Notes under the pieces: generated by a model
The model's input: the letters and a program-made list of their open reading frames with translations, nothing else
The model's database searches: none
What the model was told of the DNA's origin: nothing
Translations under genes and position numbers: made by a program
Shown: positions 52,901 through 61,060 of the stretch, one piece after another
Position numbering within the stretch: the stretch's first letter is position 1
Layout of the letters: every line of letters starts with the position of its first letter
IMG/VR virus record: IMGVR_UViG_3300005764_000019
Location: 1 to 61,413 of that record
Direction: 5' to 3' (one strand)
DNA from: a virus
Taxonomy: Duplodnaviria; Caudoviricetes
DNA length: 61,413 nucleotides

Positions 52901-55834
52901 ATCGGCAGCCCGCGAGACGTGAAGTTGGCTGCGGAGGTCATGCAGGCGCTCGTGCCGATGATCGGTGCCATACCGCCGGCTGTTTATGGCGTGCAGTACG
53001 GCCTAATTCCGTTGATGGAAGTGGGCGATGACCTGGGTGGCAACGTCCTACAAAGGTTGCAGAACAGCACCGACAACTACGACCAGTTCTTCGTCGGGGT
53101 ATTTGACTTTATCGCCAGGGGTATTATCAACCCGATCTTCGAGAAGATGGGCAATCCACGCAGAATCACCGAGGCGGCGATGACCCTACAGGGGGCGGTG
53201 CGGATCATCAAGATGCTACCGAAGTTTATTGCCGATCTGTCCACCACCGTCCTGACCTTCTCGGAAGGCAATTGGTGGCAGCGACCCAGCCCACGGCAGA
53301 TGGGCAACGACGTGAAGAAGTTCGGAGAATGGTTTGGCGGCATCTCGAATGCGCTTGGCGATGGTATCTTCGTTCCGATCCGGGATAAATTCCCAAGCCC
53401 ACAGGAAGTCCAGCAGGCCCAGGCCCAGCTTCAGGGGATGGTAGATTTGGTCAAGAGGCTGCCGCGATTCATTGAGGACATCGCCAAGGAGATGGACGAG
53501 TTCAGCAAGGCCGACTGGTGGAGACAGCAGGGGTATATCACCAGCCAGGTGCAGGTATTCTCTGGGTTCTTCAGGGCCATTGCTGTGGCATTGGGCGAGG
53601 GCATTATGTTGCCAATCCGCATGTACTTCCCGGACAGCCAGTTCTTTGAGGAGATCAACGCCCGCCTGGACAAAGTAAAGGAAATGCTGCCGAAGGTAGG
53701 CGACCTGTTGCAAACGCTGATGGCAGAGATGCGGCGGTTGGGCGGGGACATCGGAGTGTACGGCAAGATGTTGGATGCCGCCTGGAACATTTATGACGTG
53801 GCGACCTTCTTCCAGAATATTGCCTGGAACATCAAGGTGGGCATGATTGACCCGGTGCGCCAATACTTCCCGCCGTCCACGGTATTCACGGAGTTGATAG
53901 CCCGGTTGGACAAGGTAAAGGAATTCCTGCCGAAAGTCAGGGAAGTAATCCAGAAGGTAATGGAGGAGGTCAAGGACTTCGGCCAGCACTGGCTAAGCAG
54001 GTGGTTGCGTGACCTTGCAGTGTCGTGGAAGATAAATGACCTCGCCAGCCTGTTCCAGACTGTCGCCAGGGGTGTTTATTACGGCATGATTCTGCCGGCC
54101 ATAATATGGTTCCCGCCCTCGGCAGTAATGGAAGACCTCGTGAAACGGCTGGAAGCGGTCAAGCAAATGATACCCAAGGTCCGCCAGGTCATCCAGTTGA
54201 TGATGAATGAGATCGCGGCCTTTGGTCAGGAGTTCACTAGCTGGGACGGGATCGTAGATAAAGCCTGGAACGCCTACCGATTTGCCACTTTCTTCGGCAG
54301 TTTAGCCTTTAGTATTGGCTATGGCATAATTGATCCCATCATGCGTCATTTCCCTCCCGCCCAACTCATTGAGGGGGCCGTTGCCCAGATCGACGCCGTG
54401 ACCAGGGTATTGCCGAAGGTAAATGAGGTTGTTAACACCCTTACCGCCCAACTTACCAGGCTAAACACCGGCCCAGGCTGGGATATAGACCTCACGGAAA
54501 CCATGACGAAGTTCGCGGACTTCTTCAAAGGCATGGCCGGGGCGTTACGCACCGGCATAATTGATCCCATAACCACCGAATTCGCAGACACTTCGGAGCT
54601 TCAGGGCGTGGTGGAGAGTTTGGAGGCCCTGAATGAAGTTCTGATAAGTATGGATAAGGTGATTACGACTCTGAGCGGCACAATGGAGAATATGCCGCCT
54701 TTGGACGTGGGCGACATCCCCAATTTCGGGGCTGGGGGAGGTAGGGCCGTTTCTTTCATACACCCGGCGGCAATGGCGGGTGGCGGTGCTGGCGCTCCCA
54801 CAAATATGGCCAATATGCCAGGCGCAGCCCCGACTGGACCCGGTATGACGCCCGGTTTGGCCCCCGAAGACATGCGCAAGACCTTACTCACCGCGCTTAC
54901 ACCTGTGGCGGGCGGAATGGCTCCCCAGGGCGGTCCCGGCGGGGGTCAAGGATCGCAGATAATGCAGACAATGGTAAAAGTGCTTGAGGATATTCGGGAT
55001 GATGAAGGGGTGGAGGAAATCCTCACCCTGCTCATGAATACCCTGGTGGGGAACCAGAAGGTTCAAAACAGGTTCTCTGAGCAAGCAATCAGCAATACGG
55101 GTCGCTATCAAACGACACAAATGGTCCAGGGGACCGATAGAGCGGTGTCTGCCTCGGCCAAAGTGACAACCACGGAGTTGGCGAAGACCGCCACGACGCT
55201 GACCAGGGCTAATGATAGCCTGAGAACCGACTTGACCGACTCGATGAGGGACTTAGGTACTGATGTTCGCTCTTTGCGCCCGCCGCCACCACCGCCGCCA
55301 CCCCCACCCCCACCACCGCCCCCGGTGCAACCGCGACAGCAGCAACAGGTTGCGCAGGCCCAACAGAACCTCGCGGAGCGGGGGTTGGAGGCGGGTAGCA
55401 TTTATGTCCATGACGTGGAGAGCGCGGGGCTGCTGGAGCGTATAGCCGGAATGTCCGCATTCCACGCACGGCTCGCGGAGCAACAGTATGCGACTCAGGT
55501 GGCTCGCCCACAGGACATGACCGACCTCCATACGGCCATGCAGCAACGGTACGCGACTGCCGAACAGCCCGGCCAGACCGCCACTTTGGCCGAGATGAGC
55601 GAGGCCACGCGCCTGCTCGGACAGCAACTCGCCGTCGAACAGGACCAACTGGATTTGCTGGAGCAACTGATTGACTTCTTCAAACCAACCAGTCCGGCCC
55701 TCACGAGCGAGGGCGGCTACCCCGGTTCCACCCGCACCCGTGTGGTGCCGGCCACCCCGCCCCGCTATTTTCGCATGACGACCGGCCTGGTATCGCAGAG
55801 CAGTTCGATGGGCGTGTCGCCGGGTAACGTCTAA
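43988..55834 (+). CDS. tape measure protein (3948 aa)
   Basis: Very long Ala/Gly-rich helical ORF with hydrophobic periodic repeats, directly upstream of baseplate genes. Confidence 0.85.
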   Translation: MADFVDAFDRVISSIDRVNTTTTEVREMLRTLMTGNVGTPSVPGKPEDKIGPSLSSIQQNIAQLQAVAQSNVAASVHNGNVLAQIKGLIEQLNANFDKEVGAAKSHVDAGVAAAHAPAKGGMVDKGDYGKGGGSTLEKANQSLEQNITGILGHVTSMAEKLNQMAGHIQEIRDAGLAKKSLAVKDTLANQTLTTIKDTLVECCKNVTNISNALGGKAAATVGASLAAGTVPGAPAAATPPPHEPPEPAATTRTKTRKKPPPGIDAEDMLHDFEYELHNIDYGTGMRSHFYRVSSQWLSSLEQGIMGFGDKAKTVLQSVFGGVGAEFKFIKDIRAAAYETAGVTGEAQKLQRQYENIGKTVYLTGVDRDEFQKAYLKNLRAGIRDSKQAQAIATAQLNTEKQLGMQAGELESTFQEWTMAGRMTNMQVAEMGRGMREVARNTGLTGEALKKAVSTGQEFITQLRNAAQLTANAAKNVLEIAANAQKLGVEKAMNPLLKAMTSSNELLVNASKETQSLLFIAAGHAGRTQELMQGTVLRTKQGIKDMKKGFEAILKSFGVESAEAIDQLSDSAKFSLNMNIKAAFGMELGEFRNTMEALGESGKGLADRLADINKERQKNLTLEEKTTLLEKERALKAAASLSIVTALDEAAKGAKNMDQALAKFGDRRKDFEGDLEAMGHAWTSNADAAKAAITESIQSINMGLKKAGKAELKIGTKEIEEALKDPAKFRELGDKLSKADQELATAQKAQLDPMSRLHQGMMEVNDSIRNFAQGAISKLLALVGTAGLIATILTSQILKTLIAIKLFLRSINASGEGVELNVLQEGMLAWQKKMPRFLGGKSKEEVKALKAQMLAANAGYDVAAQQKVYQATLMKEQAKRGTPGAGGGAAGGADVADIEKAIGLAPAKTAAATAAAAPAEVASKDAITHDILKQGFQTTWDLLRQIVNCVCKQIREEQTAKAIDNMGKKLDTGELAIKEPRKAADIQKGLEGQIAAKEKALQDNLRKEKDQIFKDKKAALMAAEKAKTGGAITPEREKEISKEAFTASRAETKEAEAKVALQQEALAARKKEAAQQAAYTAGAEAQKKAVQERVKALPKEEQTRENIAKITKEEQQRRMEAAKGPEKAMIDKRVGAKMVAATGATGAEADLLKQKAAVLSKEEKLAKLKTKTSSPGEIWQVKTMAKTVKVEKANAAAAAASEGAKVEIGGPVTVDTADVQKAAEGGIMGQLDALKNAGPQLAKGAMMLAALAVGLVALAAVIVKISEKIMKVMNLDPKKAIEIGETVAAVVGVGAALAGAAYAAIEPLKSMADMVTKAEEGADEAAGAPWAELAKKLAIGAAALVILTPAILVLAIALVKMSQGLTFLFGMNWQKSLETAENVAALIGVAAAIATAVAAATEGIKKIGELVKTEGFVKDMVEGALALLILTPAVMLLAVALVKFVQILTSVLGLDFSSMIKVAKDIAGFLIAAGAIATAILVASVALGALGFLASEVPEIIGFVYLGVLAFGLLIPPVLAFSLAIWGFIKILEALWTVEDAKNATKLVWATFTAFTLTALGIAAAAGILAGIGALSPTAGYIAGLAWMGILALALMAPPVLAFFFALYGFIQILQGLWTIEEAKAASELVWATFKAMGLAALGIAAAAGLLAGIGAMAWYAGFIVGLMYVGIIALAIMTPPIVAFFYGMIAFINFLQSLWTPEEAQQASDLVWASFKAMGLAALGIIAAGALLAGIGAMAWYAGFIVGLVWVGIIALAIMTPPIMAFMFALTAFIEFLRSLWTVEEAQQAVDLVWYSFEAMGLTALGIVAAAALLAGIGAMAAMAGWIVGLAIVGAIAFALMTIPVIGLAAAIRAFIGVLESLYGSAAQAKEMSELVTAVFDAMGTVAWNVIKAAAFLVPLGLLSFWAGWIAGMAFAGAIAFAVLSIPVLVLAAAILAFIKVMEGLYGTAAKAQEMTKLVEAVFEAMGTVAWNVIKATAFLAPLGFLSYWAGFIAGLAFQGVIAFAILSIPVLLLVAATYGFIKILEGLYGTAAKAKEMSELVNAVFDAMGTVAWNIIKSIPLLAGLGLLGFWAGYIAGLMLAGAAAFFIMAAPVALFVAGVMTLGRSMLQANTADEAKKIAEGIKSLMESAGSVMGEVMKMKDVMKKLGAGTGILWWKKDAQTAARETAAIMQEGSKAFFIMAKPVGEFVSSLMDLGREMMQDTDAEEAREIGQSIKTLMESAGSVMGEVMKMKDTLKKYGVGSGMLWWKKTASQKANEVATVLKEGGNAFMIMAAPVADFVRRLMDLGRQMIGSTDADDAKEIAQGIEEIMKTGAVIFQSVATIQDKLKGMGMSTGWWLWKKSAQQRADETKKLLEDGAKAFMTMAGPVAPFMQDLMNLGQSITGGMDVEEAQEIGKSIDAVMKAGGAVFEAVAKTREELEKLGTGSGWLWWSKSAKEKAEETADLMNKGAEAFGIIAAPVMPFMASLMAMGQSLTGIMPLEQAQKLGEGIGAVLKAGGAVFEAVASTRNTLTTMGTGEGFWLWKKDAKKVAEETADLMNKGAEAFQIIAEPVMPFMARLLAMGRIITGGMSAEEAKKLGDAIASTLKAGSAVFKGIATTQKLLKKQPPVWLAKIIADWMWEATDAFLMIADPVMYLLKAVLTAAKSLGPSAQVKDAAESIKAIVPMLKAIPKVIQSVATKLIPIVQYGTGGLSPEALLSSADDFAMFFASVAEFLDKGIIDPIFKKIGKPQDVKMAAEAMKAMVPLINYIPPVIRRTASALLPFVKEGTFAANLADDIKKKKDDFKKFFGDLAEFLDQGIIDPIFKKIGKPQDVKMAAEAMKAMIPLIGSIPPVIWLTTYNLIPFVKKGTYSFKVAEELKQYKDDFKNFFISVADFLNDGIIDPIFKKIGNPRDVKMASEAMVAMVPLIASIPPAVYGVVYGLFPLLRPNIFGPAPATVLLDYKEQFKTFFTALAEFLGQGIIDPIFFKIGSPRDVKLAAEVMQALVPMIGAIPPAVYGVQYGLIPLMEVGDDLGGNVLQRLQNSTDNYDQFFVGVFDFIARGIINPIFEKMGNPRRITEAAMTLQGAVRIIKMLPKFIADLSTTVLTFSEGNWWQRPSPRQMGNDVKKFGEWFGGISNALGDGIFVPIRDKFPSPQEVQQAQAQLQGMVDLVKRLPRFIEDIAKEMDEFSKADWWRQQGYITSQVQVFSGFFRAIAVALGEGIMLPIRMYFPDSQFFEEINARLDKVKEMLPKVGDLLQTLMAEMRRLGGDIGVYGKMLDAAWNIYDVATFFQNIAWNIKVGMIDPVRQYFPPSTVFTELIARLDKVKEFLPKVREVIQKVMEEVKDFGQHWLSRWLRDLAVSWKINDLASLFQTVARGVYYGMILPAIIWFPPSAVMEDLVKRLEAVKQMIPKVRQVIQLMMNEIAAFGQEFTSWDGIVDKAWNAYRFATFFGSLAFSIGYGIIDPIMRHFPPAQLIEGAVAQIDAVTRVLPKVNEVVNTLTAQLTRLNTGPGWDIDLTETMTKFADFFKGMAGALRTGIIDPITTEFADTSELQGVVESLEALNEVLISMDKVITTLSGTMENMPPLDVGDIPNFGAGGGRAVSFIHPAAMAGGGAGAPTNMANMPGAAPTGPGMTPGLAPEDMRKTLLTALTPVAGGMAPQGGPGGGQGSQIMQTMVKVLEDIRDDEGVEEILTLLMNTLVGNQKVQNRFSEQAISNTGRYQTTQMVQGTDRAVSASAKVTTTELAKTATTLTRANDSLRTDLTDSMRDLGTDVRSLRPPPPPPPPPPPPPPPVQPRQQQQVAQAQQNLAERGLEAGSIYVHDVESAGLLERIAGMSAFHARLAEQQYATQVARPQDMTDLHTAMQQRYATAEQPGQTATLAEMSEATRLLGQQLAVEQDQLDLLEQLIDFFKPTSPALTSEGGYPGSTRTRVVPATPPRYFRMTTGLVSQSSSMGVSPGNV

Positions 55835-55913
55835 AATGGCCTAGCGCGGGATATATAGTTTACACGTCTTTCTGCCCATTTACTCTATATACACCAAAAC
55901 GCCGTGGAGGTCC

Positions 55914-56453
55914 ATGCAAGCGACTAGCCTAGAAACTGGAGAGTTGATACCCATTGAGGGGTGCTATATCAACGTCCCGATATACGGACGCAAGCTCAAC
56001 ATGAGGGTCTTGCCGGATATTTCAGACTCGAAGAGCGCCGCCTACACTGACGAGCCGATTATCGGACGGTCCTTCCCCCTGAAGACGTTTTCCCACGGCG
56101 AGAACCGCTCGATCTCAATGACGGTACACTTCATTGTCTGTACGCAGTCCGACATCACCCAGAACTTGGCGGACCTCCGCATGTTGGAAAGTCTGGTATA
56201 TCCCGGAGAATCCGGGTCAATCACCCCGTACCTCCCGCCGCCCATTGCCCAGATTAAGTGTGGGAACCTGCTGTCCACCCAGACCCCTTTGTGCGTGATA
56301 TTGAAAAGCTACTCGGTAAAGTTCCCGACCGAAGTGGCTTGGGACGAGGCGAACTTCACGCCGTACAAGTTTGACGTGGACCTGACCTGGGAAGTTGTAT
56401 ACGACTCAGGCGAATTGCCGGGACAGAGACGAATTATGAGTATAGGAAGTTAA
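55914..56453 (+). CDS. tail-tube-like/baseplate initiator protein
   Basis: ISDSKSA.Y....IIGRS.P, PPP..IKCG, WD; position after the tape measure gene. Confidence 0.7.
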   Translation: MQATSLETGELIPIEGCYINVPIYGRKLNMRVLPDISDSKSAAYTDEPIIGRSFPLKTFSHGENRSISMTVHFIVCTQSDITQNLADLRMLESLVYPGESGSITPYLPPPIAQIKCGNLLSTQTPLCVILKSYSVKFPTEVAWDEANFTPYKFDVDLTWEVVYDSGELPGQRRIMSIGS

Positions 56454-56776
56454 TGGCGAACTACATCGAGCAAACCACCATCCCGCCCCTCACTTTTGTC
56501 ACCCCGGCCAGTCGTTACGCAGACTCCAAAGTGGTGTACTATACGGATTTGAAGAGGATCACCTTCCCGATTTACAAGCGTCAGCCATTTGTGGCGACGA
56601 GTCAGGATAAGTTCATGGTGATAACGGGAGGTCTGGAATACCGTCCCGATTTGGTGTCCAACCGGGCCTACGGCTTCCCGGACTTTTGGTGGAAGATCAT
56701 GGAGGCCAACAATATGTTCGACGTGTGGGACTTCAAGGCCGGAACGAACATCCGTATCCCGAACGCGAGGTTATAA
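56453..56776 (+). CDS. gp53-like/LysM baseplate wedge protein
   Basis: YRPDLVS..AYG....WWKIMEAN...IRIP. Confidence 0.8.
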   Translation: MANYIEQTTIPPLTFVTPASRYADSKVVYYTDLKRITFPIYKRQPFVATSQDKFMVITGGLEYRPDLVSNRAYGFPDFWWKIMEANNMFDVWDFKAGTNIRIPNARL

Positions 56777-58320
56777 TGCCCAGCAAATGTACGGAATTTA
56801 ACTGTCTTCAGCAGTACGGCTGCAACCCCTTGAGTCGGGTGCAGCCAGGTGCCGTTTTCGCGCCTTATGTCAGCATCGAGATCACCGGCAAGGGCGACGT
56901 ATCATCTGCTTTGAACGGTTCGCAGCTTGTCAGCAATCTCCAGGGGGACCAACTTAGCGGCAATGAGTTGACGGTTGGCAACCAGTCTTGCCCGACAACC
57001 GGCAACCATGCGGTCATCAAGTCCTTCCAATACGGTGCTTCCAACGGCCAAGGATGCGTTGTTGAGATATTTGACGAACAAGGCAGTGAGTTCGCCATGT
57101 TCATGAAGAACCTCAACAACTCCATCGTCCGTGCCCCGGCTGACTACCGCATGGCCGTTGACTTCGGGTGGATCATACGCAAGTGCGACAATACACTCGC
57201 CCGCGATTGGGTGTCCGACCACCCCGACCCCTCAAGTGGCGGTGGCGGCAGACTTTATTTTGAGCCAATGAAGGTAGAAACGGAATATTCCAATGGGAAG
57301 ATCAGATTCCAACTCCATGCCACCGATTTGATGGGACGTATTAGCGAAAACCGCACAGATGTGACCATTGGGAGCGACAGCCAACGGGTGAGGCTCCAGC
57401 CAGCAATTCGGGAAATGTACCAACGCAGCGTGCCGAGCATCAGGGATGTGCAATTCTTGCGGCAGGGTCCGAATGGCCCGGTGCCTTACCAATTCAGAAA
57501 CAGCGACGGTGGACCGGAGGGGCCTGCCGCTACCTGGAACGCATCGCAGCAAAACGCAATGGCGGCAGCGAGGCAGTGGCTTAATAACGTCACCACGGAT
57601 CGTGGCAAGGGCATCGTGCCGCAATGGAACGCGGGTTCCCCGACACCCCAAATTATTTTTTGGGAGGATGGGACGCCGGGCTGCAATGAAAACCTGCCCA
57701 ACTGCGGACAGTACGTCGTCGGCAGTTATATCGTCAATGGTGGAGATTGCAGCCCGGTAATAAGCTTTTCGCCCAAAATCGAATGGAATTTCGCCTTGAA
57801 CGCTGGCTCCGGCGGTAACCTTTCCGGCGCTACAGGTGGGCGGCAGGTCAGGGACCGCCAGCCCGTTTGCCGCCAGCCCAGGGATCGTGCCGGCATCCAA
57901 ACTCAGCCCACCGTCGCGCCTCAGATTGTCCAGTGGCGTCCACCCGACCTGGCGATGCAGCGTGCCCAGCAGGCGCTCGCGGCCCATCAGTTGACGGGCA
58001 TGAACTATGAACAACGGAGTCCCATAGAGTGCGAACTGAAGATACAGGGCGACCCGAAGTATGTATTCCCAAGGCTGTGGCGGGACAAGTATGTGTCCAT
58101 TATAGTCATAAATCCCTTCCACATCGTAGGCGGTCAGGGAGTGTGTGATTGGATGGCGCAACCCCCGTGTAATTCCATTTTTTCATCGAAATGGTGGCGG
58201 CTTATGGACATCAGCCACGAAATCAAGGAAGGTTCATATACCACTACCTTGAAGGTGAAGTTGGCGACCCCGAACGTTGAACAGAACATGCAAAACCCGT
58301 TCGAGGCCGCACACGATTAG
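56776..58320 (+). CDS. gp27-like baseplate hub protein
   Basis: FGW, ELKIQGDP, ISHEI..GSYTTTL; synteny. Confidence 0.7.
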   Translation: MPSKCTEFNCLQQYGCNPLSRVQPGAVFAPYVSIEITGKGDVSSALNGSQLVSNLQGDQLSGNELTVGNQSCPTTGNHAVIKSFQYGASNGQGCVVEIFDEQGSEFAMFMKNLNNSIVRAPADYRMAVDFGWIIRKCDNTLARDWVSDHPDPSSGGGGRLYFEPMKVETEYSNGKIRFQLHATDLMGRISENRTDVTIGSDSQRVRLQPAIREMYQRSVPSIRDVQFLRQGPNGPVPYQFRNSDGGPEGPAATWNASQQNAMAAARQWLNNVTTDRGKGIVPQWNAGSPTPQIIFWEDGTPGCNENLPNCGQYVVGSYIVNGGDCSPVISFSPKIEWNFALNAGSGGNLSGATGGRQVRDRQPVCRQPRDRAGIQTQPTVAPQIVQWRPPDLAMQRAQQALAAHQLTGMNYEQRSPIECELKIQGDPKYVFPRLWRDKYVSIIVINPFHIVGGQGVCDWMAQPPCNSIFSSKWWRLMDISHEIKEGSYTTTLKVKLATPNVEQNMQNPFEAAHD

Positions 58321-58334
58321 TAAAGGAGAGAACA

Positions 58335-60629
58335 ATGGCAACCAACCAGGAAACTAGCAACCTCTCTATGCCCGATAAGGTAAGAGTGCTGGAGGAGCGC
58401 CTAAAGCAGATGGAAGAATTGATGGGCGGCATGAATTACAATATGCAGCGCATCGCTCAAACTGAGATGCAGGACCGTATCCGTCTCATTCCCCAGGCCG
58501 AAACCCAGATGGGCGTCTATACGGCTCTCTGCATCGACACCATCGACGTGTGGAAGCAGAACCGAATCCGCTTCTACACACCGCTATTCCATGACCCGGA
58601 CATGCCGATCAAGTCACTGCCTTGGGCCTGGCCGGTGTCGCCATTCGGCGGGTTCGATGACTCTGGGGTAACCTGGGTGCCGCCCGCCGGTTCGACAGTC
58701 ATGATCGTTTTTGAAGGTGGAGCGCGGCAGTCGCCCTATTACATTGGAACCACCTGGAGCCGCAACCGTGGCCCGGCAGGGCAACACACCTTCGGGGTCA
58801 ACGTCGAAGAATACTACAACGTTTGGGAAGGACACCGCAGGGGTTACTTGGTCGGTCCCGACAATGAATCCCAGGTATTCCCGCCGTGGAACACGGAGAA
58901 TTATAACGGCTTCGACCTAAACTCCATCGTTGACTTCGATAACAACCCGGAGGCCCAGAAGCGCATTACTTACCCAAATATTTACGGATTCAAGACGCCG
59001 GAAAAGCACATGCTCAAAATGGTCGATGGCGACCCGAAGTGCAACCGACGCTGGAAGCGCATCGAGTTAATGTCCGGCTGCGGCAACTGGCTGATGATGA
59101 AGGACGACCACCTGCACTTCGCCGGACAATGGGCGCATCCTACCTGCGGCGGGGGGCCGGACGGCGACGTGAGTTGCGTGGAGGGCGTCGGCACCCCCAG
59201 CCAGGCTGAGGACGTGACAAGAACCCAGGGGCAGGTCGGTCAGCCAGACGTGCCCCCGGACCCGCCGGACATTACCGGGCAGGAAGGCGCGCCCGATTAC
59301 AGTCAAATAGACTTGCAGCTTTCCATTCAGGAGGCATCGCTCACCAATGACGACCCCATAATCATGGGGCCAAAGGAGGAAACCTCCTGCGAAGGCGAAA
59401 CCAGCAACAGCAAAATCATCGGCGGTCACCCGCGCACGCCCGGCGGCTCCTGCTACGACGAGCCTACCAAATACGCCGATTCCCAGGTGGGTGCCAATCC
59501 CTTCTTCAAGCAGGAACAGGAGTGCCGACCCTATAAGGCGATGGGCATTGGCGGCAACAAGTGCGAACTGCCGCAGAGCGGCATTCAGATCATGAGTATT
59601 AGCGGCCACACGATCATCATGGATGACTCGGTGGAGGAACCGCAGGGCGAACCGACCTGGGAACGGTCGTTAATGCCGTTCGACCCCGGCTGTAACGGCA
59701 AGTATTTGGGGCGCATGATTATGCGGTCGGCCACGGGCCACGAAATTACTTTTGACGACAGCGAGTCCTGCCCCGGCATTCGCGGCCCGACCAACGGCAT
59801 TCGCTTCCAGACCGCCTCCGGCAATCTCGTGCAACTCTGCGAGGATACCGTTTGCGCCGACCCCTGCGACAGCGAGGACGAGAGTGCCGGCCAGTGCCCG
59901 CCCAACCACGCGGGGGAGAACCGGGGCGTATTGCTCCAGTCTACCAGCAAGCACATGATTCAACTGTGCGACAACGGCAACAAACAGTGCGCCCCGTGCC
60001 GGGCCTGTGGCGTGCCCCCGGAAGCCAAAGCCGACCAGGCGTTCATTATGATCCGCTCCGGTTACGGCCTGGAGATGCAGTTTGCCGATGACGACGACCA
60101 GGAAGAAACCCGGCAACAATACATCCAGATATTTTGCCCGCAAAAGGACAACGAGGATCGGGGGCCACACATCATGCGCTTCCAAGAAGCGCCTTCCGGC
60201 CCTGGTCAAATATTCTTACGGGCGGGCGGGGACTATATCGTGTCCACCTACGACTACCTCATTGAGATCGTGGGCGACAAGGACGAGAACCCCTCCGACA
60301 AGATGGAAATAATCAGCCGCGATAAGATCGTGGATGTGGAAGAAGATTACATCAACATCGCCCAGCTTCACGTCTTCATCGCTGACGAGGTAATTATGTT
60401 GCTGGCGGGCAAGGACTGCCCGGAGCCGGACGGGACAATGGGTCCGTGCCCGGCACCCGTAATTGTTTACGCCAACGGCTGCCTCACCATCAGCGACCGC
60501 GTGTACGCCACAGCCTCCCAAGACGCGGAGCCGGCGAGCATATTTATGCTCGACCCGTTCTGCTCCTGGGGCAAGGGCAACGGGGGCAACGGTGGCGGGA
60601 ACGGTGGGGGCGGGGGAGGAGGTGCCTGA
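58335..60629 (+). CDS. gp5/VgrG-like central spike protein
   Basis: OB-fold motif PWAWP...VPPAGSTVMIVFEGG...PYYIG; repeated SGH.I..DD strands. Confidence 0.8.
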   Translation: MATNQETSNLSMPDKVRVLEERLKQMEELMGGMNYNMQRIAQTEMQDRIRLIPQAETQMGVYTALCIDTIDVWKQNRIRFYTPLFHDPDMPIKSLPWAWPVSPFGGFDDSGVTWVPPAGSTVMIVFEGGARQSPYYIGTTWSRNRGPAGQHTFGVNVEEYYNVWEGHRRGYLVGPDNESQVFPPWNTENYNGFDLNSIVDFDNNPEAQKRITYPNIYGFKTPEKHMLKMVDGDPKCNRRWKRIELMSGCGNWLMMKDDHLHFAGQWAHPTCGGGPDGDVSCVEGVGTPSQAEDVTRTQGQVGQPDVPPDPPDITGQEGAPDYSQIDLQLSIQEASLTNDDPIIMGPKEETSCEGETSNSKIIGGHPRTPGGSCYDEPTKYADSQVGANPFFKQEQECRPYKAMGIGGNKCELPQSGIQIMSISGHTIIMDDSVEEPQGEPTWERSLMPFDPGCNGKYLGRMIMRSATGHEITFDDSESCPGIRGPTNGIRFQTASGNLVQLCEDTVCADPCDSEDESAGQCPPNHAGENRGVLLQSTSKHMIQLCDNGNKQCAPCRACGVPPEAKADQAFIMIRSGYGLEMQFADDDDQEETRQQYIQIFCPQKDNEDRGPHIMRFQEAPSGPGQIFLRAGGDYIVSTYDYLIEIVGDKDENPSDKMEIISRDKIVDVEEDYINIAQLHVFIADEVIMLLAGKDCPEPDGTMGPCPAPVIVYANGCLTISDRVYATASQDAEPASIFMLDPFCSWGKGNGGNGGGNGGGGGGGA

Positions 60630-61060
60630 TGATCTTTATGGGAGCGCCGTACCCCATAGCCACCCATCCGCGAGGATTGCTGCACATCCAGTCGGGAATC
60701 AATCAAGTGAAGTCGGACCTGCTCATACTTCTGTTGACCAACCCTGGGGAGCGGGTATTCTTGCCCGATTTCGGCACGCCCTTGAGGCAGTTGATTTTCG
60801 AGCAGAACGATGCCTCCCTGGAGTTTCAGGCCCGCAACATGATAATTAACTCGATCCAGCAGTGGGAGCCAAGAATTACCGTGACCCAGGTGGATGTGTC
60901 GAGCCAGGTGGACGGCAATGATTTGAACCCGAATGACGACCGGACGGAGCAGGAGCATATTTTGAGCGTCAAGATATTGTTCTTTGACCCCGAAGACATG
61001 AAGGAAGTGCAGGAACTAAGACTACAAGTGCCCTTAGCGGACGGGACGGGAGTACCATAA
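60629..61060 (+). CDS. gp25-like baseplate wedge protein
   Basis: LLLTNPGERVFLPDFGT.L..LIFE, WEPRI. Confidence 0.9.
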   Translation: MIFMGAPYPIATHPRGLLHIQSGINQVKSDLLILLLTNPGERVFLPDFGTPLRQLIFEQNDASLEFQARNMIINSIQQWEPRITVTQVDVSSQVDGNDLNPNDDRTEQEHILSVKILFFDPEDMKEVQELRLQVPLADGTGVP

